From assembly GCF_006345805.1 (NCBI RefSeq), contig NC_043003.1:91946001-92010000 (forward strand): a DNA stretch of 64,000 nucleotides, in the 5' to 3' direction. Shown piece after piece: positions 13,901 through 28,215 of this stretch (the first letter of the stretch is position 1; each line of letters opens with the position of its first letter). The position numbers were made by a program, and so were the translations under genes. This DNA is from Octopus sinensis. Taxonomy: Eukaryota. The notes under the pieces are model-generated. The model worked only from the letters and a program-made list of their open reading frames with translations, had not been told where the DNA came from and did not search any database.

Positions 13901-16320
13901 GATCTCACCATCAAACATTGTGTGTTCCACGTACATGTATGTGCATTTATGTTTGCATTTATGTTAATTTGTGTATAAACAGACAGAAATCAAAATATAT
14001 TAATGTGAAAAATGTCTGTGAAAAAAGGAGTGACCTAATTATTGTTTGGTTTCCTTAACTTATTCATTAAAATCCATGATACTGGCTCACTCTGGCCTGG
14101 TTGGTCATAGCTGTGCCATATGCAATATGGATAAACAAAAGTAAATCCTTAATTAAATAGCAAACAGCAAAGTTTCTCTTGTCTAGAGTTATGTGTTTTG
14201 TGTTTGTGTGTATGCTTTGTTTTCTTATTTTATTTATTTGTTCTTTTATCATTTATATATTTCATTTATAAATCTAAAGCTTAAATAACTTGATTACCTT
14301 AAGAAATTTATCAGTATATTATTTGCCCAACATTAAGAAAGAGAGGAAAAGAGTAAAAAAACAAACACAACAAACAAAAAAGGTATATTTCTACTTGAAG
14401 CACTAATACCACGACTTGCTACTTGCAGTTGTCAGGAAAATTGCAAATGGATATGGTGTACTGTTCACAAGACGTAAGCTCTTTATGTATGGAAGGTAGT
14501 TTGCTTTTGGTGTTGACATTACCAGGAAACTTTCATTTCCTGGGAGAAAAAAAAATTAAATTATGAAAGAAGAAAAAAAAACCCCTACTCGCTCCTGTAT
14601 TTGGACAAAATTCAATCAACCCCTTTCTTTTGTTAACCCTTATTAAAAAAAAATCTTGTTGATTTTTTTCTTGCTTTTTTTGCTATATAATGAATGGTTT
14701 TCGCCCTTTCAACCTTCCCTCATGTTTTTGTTGGATGTGAGGTTTAGAATTATATTTAATTTGGTGTCTTAACATTCTGAATAAAATTCCCTTTGAGTCT
14801 GGCTTTACTTTTTGTACATCTAGAGACCATTGGGTGGTGGGGAGAACAAGAAAAGACTTCCAATAATGCTTGTTGTTTAAATCAATTACAGAATTAGGTG
14901 GAATTTAATTTCAGTGTCAGATTTATTCTAACAACAACTCAAGTATTCCTTCATTTAGCTTCAGGAGAAGTAGAACCGTAGTTTTCTATTGTTGTTTTTG
15001 TTTATTGTTTATTTAGCCCCCCCAGGTCAACTTTGAGCAAACCTGTGATCAAATGCATTCCATGACCCTCCTGTATCTAGGACTACATTATCCTATGTAT
15101 TTTTCCTGGACATTAGTTTGTACATGATAGGTGTCTTTAGTTCTTTGAAACAGCTTAAACGAATTCAAAAACCCATTACAGCAACTGTTTGAAAACATCA
15201 CAATGCATTTTCTCATTAGTTCTCCTTCTTTTACTCTGCCAATTAGAAATTCTAATTAATGTCTATTGTAACAGAGGGTGTTGAAATTGTATTGAATATA
15301 TTAATATTACCCCCACCACATCCTATTACTCTGATTCTTTGTTATTTCATTTTATTTATTTACTTTTTTATGAAGGCTTCCTCACTACCAAAAGCAAACA
15401 GTCTTTTCATCTTAAGGCCGCAGGCATGACTGAGCCATTTTCTTCTGTTGAGAACGAAATTTCTTGTTCAAATTCCTTCTCAAATTGCACAAATATTTAC
15501 ACACACATACACATGCATGCACATACTCACATGCAACACACACACACAAGCACACACACACACGTATAAAAGTACACAGAGGTAGAGGCTTGCACAAACA
15601 TGCAGGAGTATACACATACATGCTCACACTCATGCATGTGCACACTCATACACAAGACACACACATGCCTAAGCATACCAGTCATCAAAGGTGCTTCTAA
15701 GTGTTTCCAGCACTATAGTTCTCGGAGATTCGCAACCTGCTAGAAACAACTATCAAATCTTCCTCAGATTTTTTCTACCGTCTCAAAAAAAAAAAGGAAG
15801 GACACATTGAACAGTGCATATGTTAGATATTTCAATAGATAGAATGGTCATGGATGGAATATTTTTGGTCACTTGTCTGCTCAGTCAGTAATGACCTGGA
15901 GTTCAGCACTGTACATATGTGATCATATACTTAAGTTTACAGATACTTCTAGATGTATAAATGCATATGAACGTTTACATACACTTTTAAAAAAAACATG
16001 CATGCATACACACACACACACACATCCATGTAAAAAGTACCCGTAAAGGTACTGAGTAAAAGCACCCAGCTGCCATTGTAAAGTGGTTGGCTTTAGGAGC
16101 CTGGGTAAGTCTTCAGCTGGTTAGTTTCTGTCAAACCATCTAGCCCATGCCAGCATGGAAAACGGATGTTAAGTGATGATGAGGATGATGCTACACACAC
16201 ACACACACATGTATATATATATGCTTATATATATATAGATTCAGATGAATATGGTGCTTAAGTTTAAGGCACCAGAATTTTGTGTGGTATTATCCATATA
16301 AATTAAATGGAGTGATTATA

Positions 16321-16435
16321 ATCAAAATAAGCAACAAGTATATCCAAGGTAGAGTAGTACAATTGTTTCATAAAATGAAGTAGCATGAAACAATTGTACT
16401 ACTCTACCTTGGATATACTTGTTGCTTATTTTGAT
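16321..16435. repeat. Perfect 51-bp inverted repeat with 13-nt loop
   Basis: 16321-16371 is the exact reverse complement of 16385-16435. Confidence 0.95.
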
Positions 16436-16440
16436 ATATC

Positions 16441-16472
<32 letters not shown>

Positions 16473-19400
16473 TATGTATTCGAAATACTCTCACATGCAA
16501 AAATTAGTACTGTTAAGTACATACATACATACTTGAAAATAGGCATATATATTCATCAGCATGTACATGTACTGATGATTCCCCTTATCTTGTATAACCA
16601 CCCATGTATCATATACACCATCACACACATCAACATCTTCCATTAACAGCAGAACCCTATATGTAGTAATAATCACACTTAAGGCATATGTATTCAAACA
16701 ATTTCAATAGTCTTTAGACACAGTGTAAATTAAACTCAATTCTTAATCCCTAATCACTTTCCTCTCACTTTCTTAATTCCCTCTCATATCCTTTTTTATT
16801 TCTACTATCCATCATCATCATCAGCTTTCTTCTATGCTTATATTTTCTTCCTCTCCTCCTCCTCCCTCTCATTTTTTATTATATTTTTCCCTATTTCATT
16901 TCAATACTCTCTAATCCTCCTCCTCTTCAGTATCAAAATCTCATTCCAGGCTCCTATTTTCTTCCCCTCCCTCTATTTATCTCACTTTCTTCACTCCAGT
17001 TCCATTTCATAACTCTCTCTCTCAATATCAATTCTCATATAACTTTCTTCCATATTTATGTTTCTCTTTCCTATTCTGCCCTCTTCATCTTTTTTCTTCT
17101 TTACCTTCCTCTCTTCCACTTGTTTTCTTTGGTTTTTCTCCTGTCTTTCGCCAATTATTACTCCACATGAGCTATTCTTAAATTTTACACTAAACTACAT
17201 CATCTTACTAGTTCTTTGTACACTACATCTAGCCTTGTCATTACTAACCTACTCTCTACTACACATAGGCATTCTTTACATCCTTTCTTTTAACCTTTAT
17301 CCTTCTCAACAACATCATGAATGCAGTTCTTGTACTTAAAATATTTATATATAAACATCATTGTAGCACACCAATATTGTTCTGAGATTTTCTTTAACTT
17401 TCAATCTCCATTTCACACACAAACAAGTTTCTCCAAACTAGTTTTTAAGCATTTGCTCCAGGCATCATTAGAAACACATTATCTCAAGAATTAATTTACT
17501 GTTTTCTTGCTTTCAGCCTTCTCTTTCCAATGGAAGTTCCTAACACCATATCATTTTACACTTAGCTTTTATTTCTTTGTACTCTGCAATTGATACATTT
17601 TGAGTCACATCACTTTGGCTCTCATAACATTTTTTACTCTTTGGTATTCTATTCACTTTTGTACATTCAACTAGTCATTCTTATTCTGTCATTTAATTTT
17701 AGACCCCCCAGCCCACTTCCAATGATTTAGGTTACATACAACTCTTTGGTCATCATTATGTTTGACCCTTATCACTCTTAGATTCTTACTGAAAGTATTT
17801 TGTCAAGCATTCCCCAATTTTACTAATTTCTGGGTCTGATTCTAGTGCTCTGCTTCTATTTTAACTCAGAAAACATAAAGATGTCCTTTAATATATGAAT
17901 TTATGAAAATAAATGTATTGTGGGTTTGTTGGAAAGCTACTTAATAGCTTTTATACTCCTTAACAGTGGTGCTCCAGCATGACTGCAGTCATGTGACTGA
18001 AACACATCATAAAAGAGATAAAAGATATATTATCAAATAGGTGTTCATACACGTGTTATAACACAACACATTAGCCAACATACACATGTGCACAGCCAAG
18101 TCCTCACGTGTATACACAGAGACACATATTAATACCACCTTGCACACTTGTGAGCCAGTTTCTATGGAGTTGTTCATTATGCTCAGTGTAGCAGCCAGAT
18201 CTACTTCAAAAAACTTCTTAGTCCTTTGGAAATAGAGACCATATTTTTTTAAGACACAAAAATCTTAAAACATTAGAATCCAGATTTAAGGTGGGAGGGC
18301 CAGGAATAGAAGCACGTTATAGAATATCTTTTTGGTCAGTTATTTCTGTAGCATGAATCTAGTATAAAGCCGATTGGTTGGTGTTAGCCAGCAGCAGTAC
18401 ATACTTGCTATGCATTCATGCCATCCAGGCACTATATCATCCATTTTAGAATCACACTCTTAAAGCAGAACTGACTTGGGGCTAAACTACATATAAAGAT
18501 GCAAAGACATTTCTATATTGTAAAATACATACACAAATGTATACATAATATCTGCTGTTTCACCAAAAACAAAAAAAAAAAATGCAGAGATTAATGCACA
18601 AACTTATTCTTCATAATCTCTAACCTACCTGATGTCACTAAACTGTCTAATCCTCTTTTTTTATTTTTAAATGTTTATGGCCATTTGGCTCTGCGTCCCC
18701 TCCAGTCTTTCAGTTTATTTTGTTTGTTTTGAGAAATGTTTATTATATCACAACAAATTTTTTTCACTGTATCAAAGCTGTTTAAAATTTAAAGTTAAAC
18801 TATTGAAGATGATTATTGCATGGCAGCATTTTATTTATTTATTGTATTAATTATTATTTTTTTCCCCTTTACTACAGAGAATCACTTGCACGACAAAAAA
18901 CATAAATATTAGTCTCTAAAATTAAAAGAAAAATTTTTTAAATTAAAAAATATATGCTTTTTAATTCATAACTTATCACTTTTTGTCTTAGCAAAAAAAA
19001 AAAAAAACAGTTTGATTTTCTGTTTTGTTTCAAGTTCTGTTCAATTTGCTTAAGTTATATTTTTTCTTTTAAAAAATTAATCCTATTTTTATTTAATATT
19101 TTCAGTTTATATATAAATTAAAAAAAGAAAAAAAATTTTAAAGAAAATAAAGTGAATACTTGTCAAATAATTGGTAAATAATTAAAGATGAAGTGAATAA
19201 TTTCTTCAACTCCAAAATATTTTCCCTAATTTTATAAATCTGTTAAGTCACTAATTCTCATGACTTTCCAGAACAAATTATATTTCATTAATTTATTGGA
19301 GATGTCTCTTTTATAGAATACTAATACTGTGCAATAAATTGATGGAACTGTACGGGTTCTTTCCTGCTATGGCCTACTTAGGTGTTAGAATTAATCCTCT

Positions 19401-20228
19401 ACCAATTCTAACATCACTACTTGGCACTTTGAGCACCCTTAGCTGACCCCATTCTGTTGTGAGCTTTTGGGCCAAGTTTTTAGTTTGAGAATAAATTTCT
19501 CCTTTCCTTTCACCAGTCATGAAACTCCCTATAAAGGGTCATGGGTAGTATTTTAAATTGAGTTGCTTTTTTAAAAGATATATTTTTATGGTAATGAAAT
19601 GAAAATGTTTTTAAGATATATCGATTAGAACATTGTATAACAGGGCAAAAGATGAAGTTGATAGTAGAGGATTAATGTTTATTAATTCAGTAACAGCTAC
19701 TCCCAGAAATATTAAGATGTTATTGAATAATGACTGAGATTGTTCAGCTTCATAGTGTGTGTGTGTGTGTGTGTTTACAGTCTAAAAACCAGTGTAGTTT
19801 ATGTTAGCATTTCCTTTATACCTCATAACTTAGCAGTTCAACAGATGGGTATCAATAAAAGAAGTACCTGACTAAGATTAATACTGGGGTCAGTATGACT
19901 GGTTTAAACCCTTGAAAGTGGTGCTCCAGCTTAGTCGCAGCTTATTGAAAAAAACCATTATGAAAATTAAATTAATTAATTACTAACAGCAATAATAATA
20001 TTGGAGATGATGATGATAATAAATTTGTAGAAATAACTGAATTTGGGTAACTGTTCAGTAAATCTTTATATATGAAATATTAGCTATTTTATTTTATAGA
20101 TTCTACATTTTTTAACAATTAGGCTTTTAAAATTTTTTTGTGACTTTTGACTTAAATTTTTGACTGAAAAATTAATTTCAATGTTCTTTGTGTTGTTACA
20201 TGACATCTTTATTTTGTTCATCCACCAG

Positions 20229-20352
20229 AGGTGAAGGTGGAAGCAAGAAAGATTTGATTGCAACTGCTAAAGCTATAGCTGAGGCCTCAGAAGAAGTGAC
20301 CCGGTTAGCGAAGATCCTTGCCCTTGAATGTACTGACAAGAGAATGAGAACT
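20229..20352 (+). CDS. VCL: Vinculin exon, tail domain
   Basis: tccaccag / gtaagc sites; [41 protein letters not shown]; phase-compatible with both neighbours. Confidence 0.96.
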
Positions 20353-20469
20353 GTAAGCTTCAATAATTTCTCTCTCTCTGCTATTTGCATTGTTTTTGGT
20401 GTGTGTATTTTATTTTGTATGCAGTCAACATTTGGCATTTTATGGTCAACAGTTAAGCTGGTTAATTCA

Positions 20470-20640
20470 GTTGTTCTCCTTCCTCTTTTTTATTCTCCTT
20501 CCTCTTTTTCTTCTCCTTCCTCTTTTTTCTTCTCCTTCCTCTTTTTTCTTCTCCTTCCTCTTTTTTCTTCTCCTTCCTCTGTTTCTTCTCCTTTCTTCTC
20601 TTTCTCCCTCTCTTCCTCCTCCTACTTCTTCTCTTCTCCC
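20470..20640. repeat. CT-rich ~18-bp tandem repeat
   Basis: (ttctccttcctctttttc)n just downstream of the 20229-20352 exon. Confidence 0.85.
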
Positions 20641-21313
20641 TCCAGACTTCTTGGAAAGAAAATGCACAGCTATTTCCTTCTACCTTCAAATGGCCCACAA
20701 AAGAACTTGAACTCCGCACTGCAAGCTAAAAAACAACATTCATCAATTATAGTGCTCCCTCCCCTTACACTTGTGAGCTAAACTCAGTTCACGAGAGTTA
20801 AGACGGCTGAGTTAAGAAAGTACTGGGCTAGCAGTTCATGGCATTTTGTTATGTTTTAAGGCAGAACAATGTCAATTTGCCTTACTAGCAGACTTAGGTA
20901 CCAAGTTATTTGGGGTTGGTATTCTATCGAGGAGAAGATTTTATCTTTCATTCACTTCATGCTATGAAACCTAAATGAAGTACTATACCAGCCCTTCAGA
21001 ACCTCTCATAGAAGTCTTCTTTTCATCAAATATTTACTTATGGCACATATTTGCAATTACTTGGACAGATGAGTTGTTTAGCCCTAGGTCAGTCCTGATT
21101 GAACAAACTTATGATCAGAACCTTTCCAGCCATAAACAGATCATCTCTTCTTTTTATGTGTATCAGAAACTACACTATTTACATTGTCCAATGTATCCTT
21201 CCTTTTGTAAAACAACAGGAGGTGATTTGAATAAGATTTAGCAGATTGAACAACCATGTGATGATGCTTTTATTGGCTCCTGATTTTTACGTGGCACATT
21301 ACAGTGTTATTGA

Positions 21314-21598
<285 letters not shown>

Positions 21599-21720
21599 TA
21601 ATTCTCTCTTGGTCCTGATTGAGCAAGTGTATGGTCAAAAGTGATTAAAACCTGACCAAATTATCTTGCTTTCTTCAAGCCTTGTGGACCCTGGACAATG
21701 TTATTCAATGCATTCTTTTT

Positions 21721-22005
21721 TAATACAGCAGGGTATGGTTTTCAGTAGATTTGGCTGCTATTTCTAGCCAGTTAAGCAACTGATCCATATTTTTGATATG
21801 ATGAGCAAATACTTTAAACTGGTATGTGCGTGTATGTATGTATGTGTGTATATATATATATATGTTATATATGTGTGTGTGTGTATATGTATACACACAC
21901 ACACCAATTTAGAATATTTGCTCATTGTATCAAAAATACTGATCAGCTGCTTAACTGGTTAGAAATAGCAGCCAAATCTACTAAAAATCATACCATACTG
22001 TATTA
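21721..22005. mobile_element. Hairpin MITE (~105-bp imperfect inverted arms around a TA/CA microsatellite)
   Basis: TAATACAGCAGGGTATGGTTTTCAGTAGATTTGGCTGCTATTTCT... versus ...AGAAATAGCAGCCAAATCTACTAAAAATCATACCATACTGTATTA. Confidence 0.8.
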
Positions 22006-23477
22006 AAAAAGAATTCATTGAATAATGTGGTGTTTTATATATATCTACATCATCTTCGTCATTTCGTTGCCCATTTTTCCATTCTTTCATGGGCCAGATG
22101 GAATTAATGTGAAGCAGATTTTCTGTGGCTAGATGCTCTTTTGGTCACCATCCCTCATTCGTCTCCAAGTTGGTAATATTTCCCCCATGACTGGACATGT
22201 TTTCATGGAAATTTGAAAATGAATGACACTGTCTGTATGATGATGACACTTGCTTACAATTGTCACATGATGTCAAAACAAGGAGACACTCCACACTACA
22301 TATATATGTAACTACATAGCCATGCCTCCACCTATGTATATGTTCATGCTGGCTAATTGCAATGTCAGCACCTGTTCTGGCACTGTCAATCTATATATTG
22401 CTGGCAGGGAGATGAATCACTACTGCCTCTAATGCTTGAGTGTCCATCATTGACAAGACCAAACAAGGTCGAAATCATCTGTTCTGGTAGTCTTGGTACT
22501 GGAGGTAGTGGGATTTGATATAAGAAAGAGTGCATTTTGTACCAAAAGCCAATATGAGAGTTTCTCTCGTGCTAACAGTTACAGTATAGTTTGTTCTAAC
22601 AGAACATCTACATTTAAGTGTGGATAAATATTACCTCACAGTATTAATACTGTCTCTGCTGCTAATATATATAAAATATTTACTAGTAATTTTTTTTTAC
22701 TTATTCTTTATTATATCAATTTTTTTTTGTAACATAAGATATGCTTTTAAGCTGTCACTTCGTTGACAACATGACTGTGATGCAATTTAATCACTGGATA
22801 TGTATATTTCTGATTATTATAAGTTGATATTTTCATTTATAGGGTATTTCATGTAAAATATGACTTTTTACCTAATTCTATTGTATATGAACCTATCATC
22901 ATCGTCATATGTCCGTTTCTCCATATTGACATGGGCTGGAGGAATCTAAAATATCTTGCCAACTGCTACAGTCATTTGTCACCTAGTACATGCAAGAACA
23001 GAGCAAAACTAGCCAATTCTGTTGTGTATGTCTTACTAAGTGTAACAAGTACATTTTATAGTGCAACTGTCACCAGAGAGACTGTTTGAGGTGTCCACTC
23101 TATCCCATGTCGATATTTATTCAGAGATATTGCCTTCTTAGACAGGAAAGTTCTGATGCAACTTATAAGGGTTCACATCTCTTTGAAATGCATATATATA
23201 TACACATACATGCATGGAAAAGATTGTCAGTGCCATTGAATTTTGGTTTACTTACAATCATTAGATAATCTGATGCCAACACTGTCTACCATTTCCTTGT
23301 AAAAATAAATATGGCATTTCACTGAAAAGTGTTGTATTGTGATCCTTCAATTTAGTGTTTAACTATCTTTATAGATAACTTTACATAAAAACAAGCATCT
23401 ATTTATCAATCTTACAGATATATACAAATGTATGATAGATAGATACATACAAATATACAGACTTATGTGTATGTCTA

Positions 23478-23660
23478 TATGAGGTGGGTGCTGAAAAGTT
23501 CCTGGGTATCGCAAAAGGCTTGGCTGGAGGTCCAAATTTCTGAATTCTCTTACAGAGCTCCAAAAAACTCGAAGCACTGCTGAAATCTGCGAGGGGATTA
23601 TGTTAAATAAAATCGTAATTAACTGATCCTCTGGTATTTTCTTTTCAGCACCCACTCGTA
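23478..23660. mobile_element. Mariner-derived MITE
   Basis: TIRs TATGAGGTGGGTGCTGAAAAG / CTTTTCAGCACCCACTCGTA with TA ends. Confidence 0.8.
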
Positions 23661-23757
23661 AATAATTTGACAGTAAAATTAACAATGAACTGTTAGATAG
23701 ATGTGTTGTCCAATTTTCATGGGAAAGACATTACTTTGGTCTCTAATGTGTGTGTGC

Positions 23758-23866
<109 letters not shown>

Positions 23867-23883
23867 TGGAGCAAAATGTCAAT

Positions 23884-24160
23884 TGTCATTATTTTGGCTG
23901 ACTGGCCGACCTTAAGTTATGTCTTGGCTAATTTGGTGACACACATTTTTGGGGGTCACACTAAATTAAAGTAAAATGTACTTTAGTAGCTTTAAATGAC
24001 AAATTAGTTGGTCAAACACACACATGTGTTTGAACAGCTTTTTTGTCATTTAGAACCACTAAAGTACATTTAACTATAATTTAGTGTGACCTCAAAAATG
24101 TGTGTCACTAAATCAGCTGAGATATCACTTAAGGTCAACTAGTCAGCCACAATAACGACA
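23884..24160. mobile_element. Fold-back MITE (~130-bp imperfect arms, very short loop)
   Basis: TGTCATTATTTTGGCTGACT...GGTGACACACATTTTTG pairs with CAAAAATGTGTGTCAC...AGTCAGCCACAATAACGACA. Confidence 0.8.
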
Positions 24161-24377
24161 GTTTATACCTTGCTCCAGTTCAAGCTTTGCTTGAGGTTTG
24201 AATGACACTATAAAATATCTCACAGACTGGATCACTTTTCTCTTTATGGTTCAATGTAATTGTGATTCTTGTCATCATGATTATCACCATCAACATCATT
24301 TGGTTGTTGTTTAATCCCAGCTCAGCTCTGAGTAAACAGAAGCATTCCAGCCATGAACATTCCATGTTTCTTCTAGT

Positions 24378-24797
24378 TGTGGCTGTGTGGTAAATAGCTT
24401 CTATACCAACCACATGGTAAGATGCTTGCTTAACAACTGCATGGTTCTGGGTTCAGTCCCACTGCGTGGCAAGTGTCTTTTACTATAGTCTTGGGCTGAC
24501 TAAAGCCTTGTGAGTGGATTTGGTAGACAGAAACTGAAAGAAACCTGTCATGTATATATACATAGATACATATATATGTCTTTGTGTTTGTTTGTTCCCC
24601 CCCTCCATCAAGACTTGACAACCGGTGTTGGTGTGTTTACATCCCTGTAACTTTGTAGTTCAGCAAAAGAGACCGATAGAATAAGCACTTGGCTTAAAAA
24701 TAAATTCTGGGTTTGATTTGTTTGACTAAAACCCCTCAAGGTGGTGTTCCAGGATGAATGCAGTCAAATGACTGAAACAAGTAAAAGAACGAAAGAA
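24378..24797 (+). mobile_element. SINE family A copy (a more decayed copy lies at about 25190-25520)
   Basis: Same head, body and tail motifs as 9725-10118. Confidence 0.8.
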
Positions 24798-25006
24798 CAT
24801 ATATATATATATATATATGTTTTCCAAAATGGAGGCAAACACATTTCTCCATGTGATCGGCTTGGAAAATTTTTAAGACGCTTGGATATTTTCCTCCTTT
24901 TCTTAACATAAGACCACTGGTAGTCTTAACCCACAAGTAAAGAAATTATATCCACCAATACAGTGTTGAGTACTCATTTCCACTGTTTGACACACACACA
25001 CACACA

Positions 25007-25062
<56 letters not shown>

Positions 25063-25716
25063 TGATATAGTATATCTGGAACAAAATTATCCAATACATT
25101 TTTTTTAGGACAATTGGTTGTTATTTGAGGAATATTTGGCTGCTATTTTTACCAGGTTGAGAAATCACACACAGAGATATATATAGGTTGCAGGTATGGC
25201 TGTGTGGTTAAGAAGTTAGCTTTACAACTACATGGTTTCCGGTTCAGTTCTATGCCAAAGCACTTTGAGCAAATGTCTTTTTGTGAGTATATTTATCAGA
25301 TGAAAACTGCACAGAAGTCTGTCATACATGTGTGTGTTTTTAAGTTTGTCTCTTACAATTTGACAAGTGTTAGCTTGTTTGTGTCCCTGTAACTTAGCAG
25401 TTTAACTAAAGGAAACTAGTAGAATAAGTACCAAACTGAAATCAATTGGACCAACTAAACCTTTCCTGCTATTGCCCCATAATGACCACAGTTCAATGGC
25501 TGAAACCAGTAAAATAATGAAAGTATATATATATTATATATATATATATATTATATATATATATAATATATATATATATATTATACACACACACACACAC
25601 ATTGGATAGAATTAATCCTTGTTCATGGCTAAGAGTTATTTTGACTCTTATTTCTAGCATTGCTGGTGCTGACTTGCACCCTTAGTCACTTTTAGTGACA
25701 ATTGTGTATATATATA

Positions 25717-25749
<33 letters not shown>

Positions 25750-25816
25750 GCATGTGCAGATGTATACATATATATGTTTGTGTGTATGTGCATGTGCAGA
25801 TGTATACATATATATG

Positions 25817-25854
<38 letters not shown>

Positions 25855-25858
25855 TATA

Positions 25859-25899
<41 letters not shown>

Positions 25900-26931
25900 T
25901 GTGTATACAAATACATGTATGCATATATGTATAATTATACATTTTATAATTTGTTCTAAACTACTGTGGTCTATGACCTGTAGTTTATTCTTTTCCTGTT
26001 TAATATTTTGCCCTTTTCAGAAGAGGAAATATTTGGCAGATTTCTGATGAAAATCCTACTTCTTTGTAAACACACTTTGTTAACACCAGTATGTAGTTGT
26101 TATTTTGTTTATCACTTCCCCTGCTTCTCCAGGGTTAGCTTTGATTGAGCAGATCTGTGACATATAATTATTCTCTGCTTTTTTAGATGATAGTTTGAAC
26201 TTTGGCAGAGTTTACTATTTATAACACAGCTGATTGATAAAAAAAATGTTTTCATTGTAGGTGGATAGACATCCAAATTTTGAATGTGAAAGGCTTGTGG
26301 TTTTATATATATATATTTCGGCAATTTTCTTACGACCTCTCCCTCGTAAGCACAACCAACTCATTCAAATCAGAGTTGTTTGTAATTCCTAGAGAGTTAT
26401 TCAAAATATGTAGGGTATATTCTAATTGAACATGAATATAATTTTTCTTTCTTAAATTCTAACCACTTATTGGCAAACTTAGAACAGGAGAAACCATATC
26501 TTTTGGTATTTAGTCCATTCTGGGTATATTCTGATTTCAAATGTTGTCAAAGCCAACTTTGCCTTTCATCCTTCTGCGAGGGGGGGGGGCATAAAATACA
26601 GAAGACCAATAAAATTACTGCGATTGATATGAGCAACACATGTCTTTCTTCAATTTTGAAGCCAGGGTCACTTTTAATTACCAATATATGATACTGTCCA
26701 TCAATTTTTCCCCTATTTTTGTGAATTTCATGCTTCCTTAAATATCTTTGTTATTATTGTTGTTTATTACTTGCTGTTTAATTAAAGCTTTTAAAGAACA
26801 AAAGAGGGGTAGTCTTTTTTTTACTTTTGACTGAATTCTCTTCATTTTGTGAATTTGGAGGCTTTACAAAATGCCAAGTAGTATAATCCAAATTTCCCAA
26901 AAATCATATATTACCATATTTGATTCTCCAG

Positions 26932-26970
26932 AGCCAATTCCAGCACCTGATGGTAGCGAGATTGCCTGTG
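26932..26970 (+). CDS. VCL: Candidate 39-nt cassette exon of vinculin (inserts EPIPAPDGSEIAC)
   Basis: tgattctccag acceptor after a ~48-nt AG-free stretch, TG|gtaatt donor; symmetric phase 1, stop-free; TGCATG at 27001-27006 and ACTAAT at 27094-27099 downstream. Confidence 0.78.
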
Positions 26971-27601
26971 GTAATTTCTTCTCATTTCTTGACAATTTTG
27001 TGCATGGTTTGTTTGAACATAGCTGCAAAAAAAAAAAAGAAAAAATCTCTACCAAGAGTCTCCACACAAAAGCCACGATATGCCATGCCAACTACTAATA
27101 TCATTTTGTTATTTTAACATACATATATGTGAACCTGTGAGTGCTATGAGTGTATGTTTATATGTGTGCCGTTTGTATGTGTCTGAAATGAATGTTTAAG
27201 CTAAATGTTGTTTAAACTGATATGTTTAGTGTAGTTTAGTTCTACTAAATTGTAATCTAAAACAAACAATAATCAATTAACTAAGAGAATAAATGAACAC
27301 ATTTCAGTAAATTCTAAAGCACATGTGAGTCTAACAGTAAAATCCAAACTCTCAGTTTATGTCATGTAGCTCTAATCAGTTGCACGTAACCATCACATAT
27401 AAACAGTAGTGGAAAGAAATCAAGTGTTTGTTTAATAATAGTTATTTACCATGTAGTGTTTAATGACAGTTAATAAATAATGTAATAGTTAACCAAAAAA
27501 AAAAGAAAAAATACTAATTTATCCATCCAAGATTTTTGTTTTAAGGTATGACTTTATTTATCGAAAATTGGTAGGAATGGTTCACTTATATATATATATA
27601 T

Positions 27602-27697
<96 letters not shown>

Positions 27698-27779
27698 TAC
27701 ATACCAAATTACTGGAAATGATATGGAATTTATAGGGCATAAAAAATAAAGAACACTATATATATATATACAAATAAGT

Positions 27780-27888
27780 TCAGCAAATTTAGATGCACCA
27801 GAATTTTGTATGGTGTTATCCATATAAATTCCATGGGGTGATTATAATCAAAATAAGCAACTGAAGTTATTCTTGTTGCTTATTTTGA

Positions 27889-27929
<41 letters not shown>

Positions 27930-28215
27930 GCAAATAAGTAACAAGGATGTCCAGGAATTAGTGCATTATGGCCATTTCAAGCGGCTCCATTTTATTAATC
28001 AATGCAAGCATTACATCAATTTGAAATAAGACCATACAGGTTTTCAACATATAGGATACCCCATTATAATTTTATAGCAAATCTTTCATCAGAACTAGAG
28101 AATAAAAGAATGCACTAATACCTGAACATTCTTGTTACTTATTTGCTTTTTATTCACCTAACTTCGAGCTGTGCAGAGACAATATCGGACTGACTTGGTG
28201 CCTCAACTTAAGTAC
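27780..28215. mobile_element. Remnants of the repeat family seen at 16240-16435, probably Penelope-like terminal-repeat derivatives
   Basis: Shared GCACCAGAATTTTGT...GATTATAATCAAAATAAGCAAC; 14-bp IR at 27848-27888; 40-bp IR at 27928-27967 / 28109-28148; flanked by (TA)n. Confidence 0.5.

Noticed and set aside
26021-26088. 68-nt exon candidate in the last intron
   Set aside because: Not a multiple of three; it would shift the frame of the terminal exon.
28035-28100. Hammerhead on the minus strand (CTGATGA...GAAA...GTA)
   Set aside because: Stem I cannot form; at best a decayed remnant.
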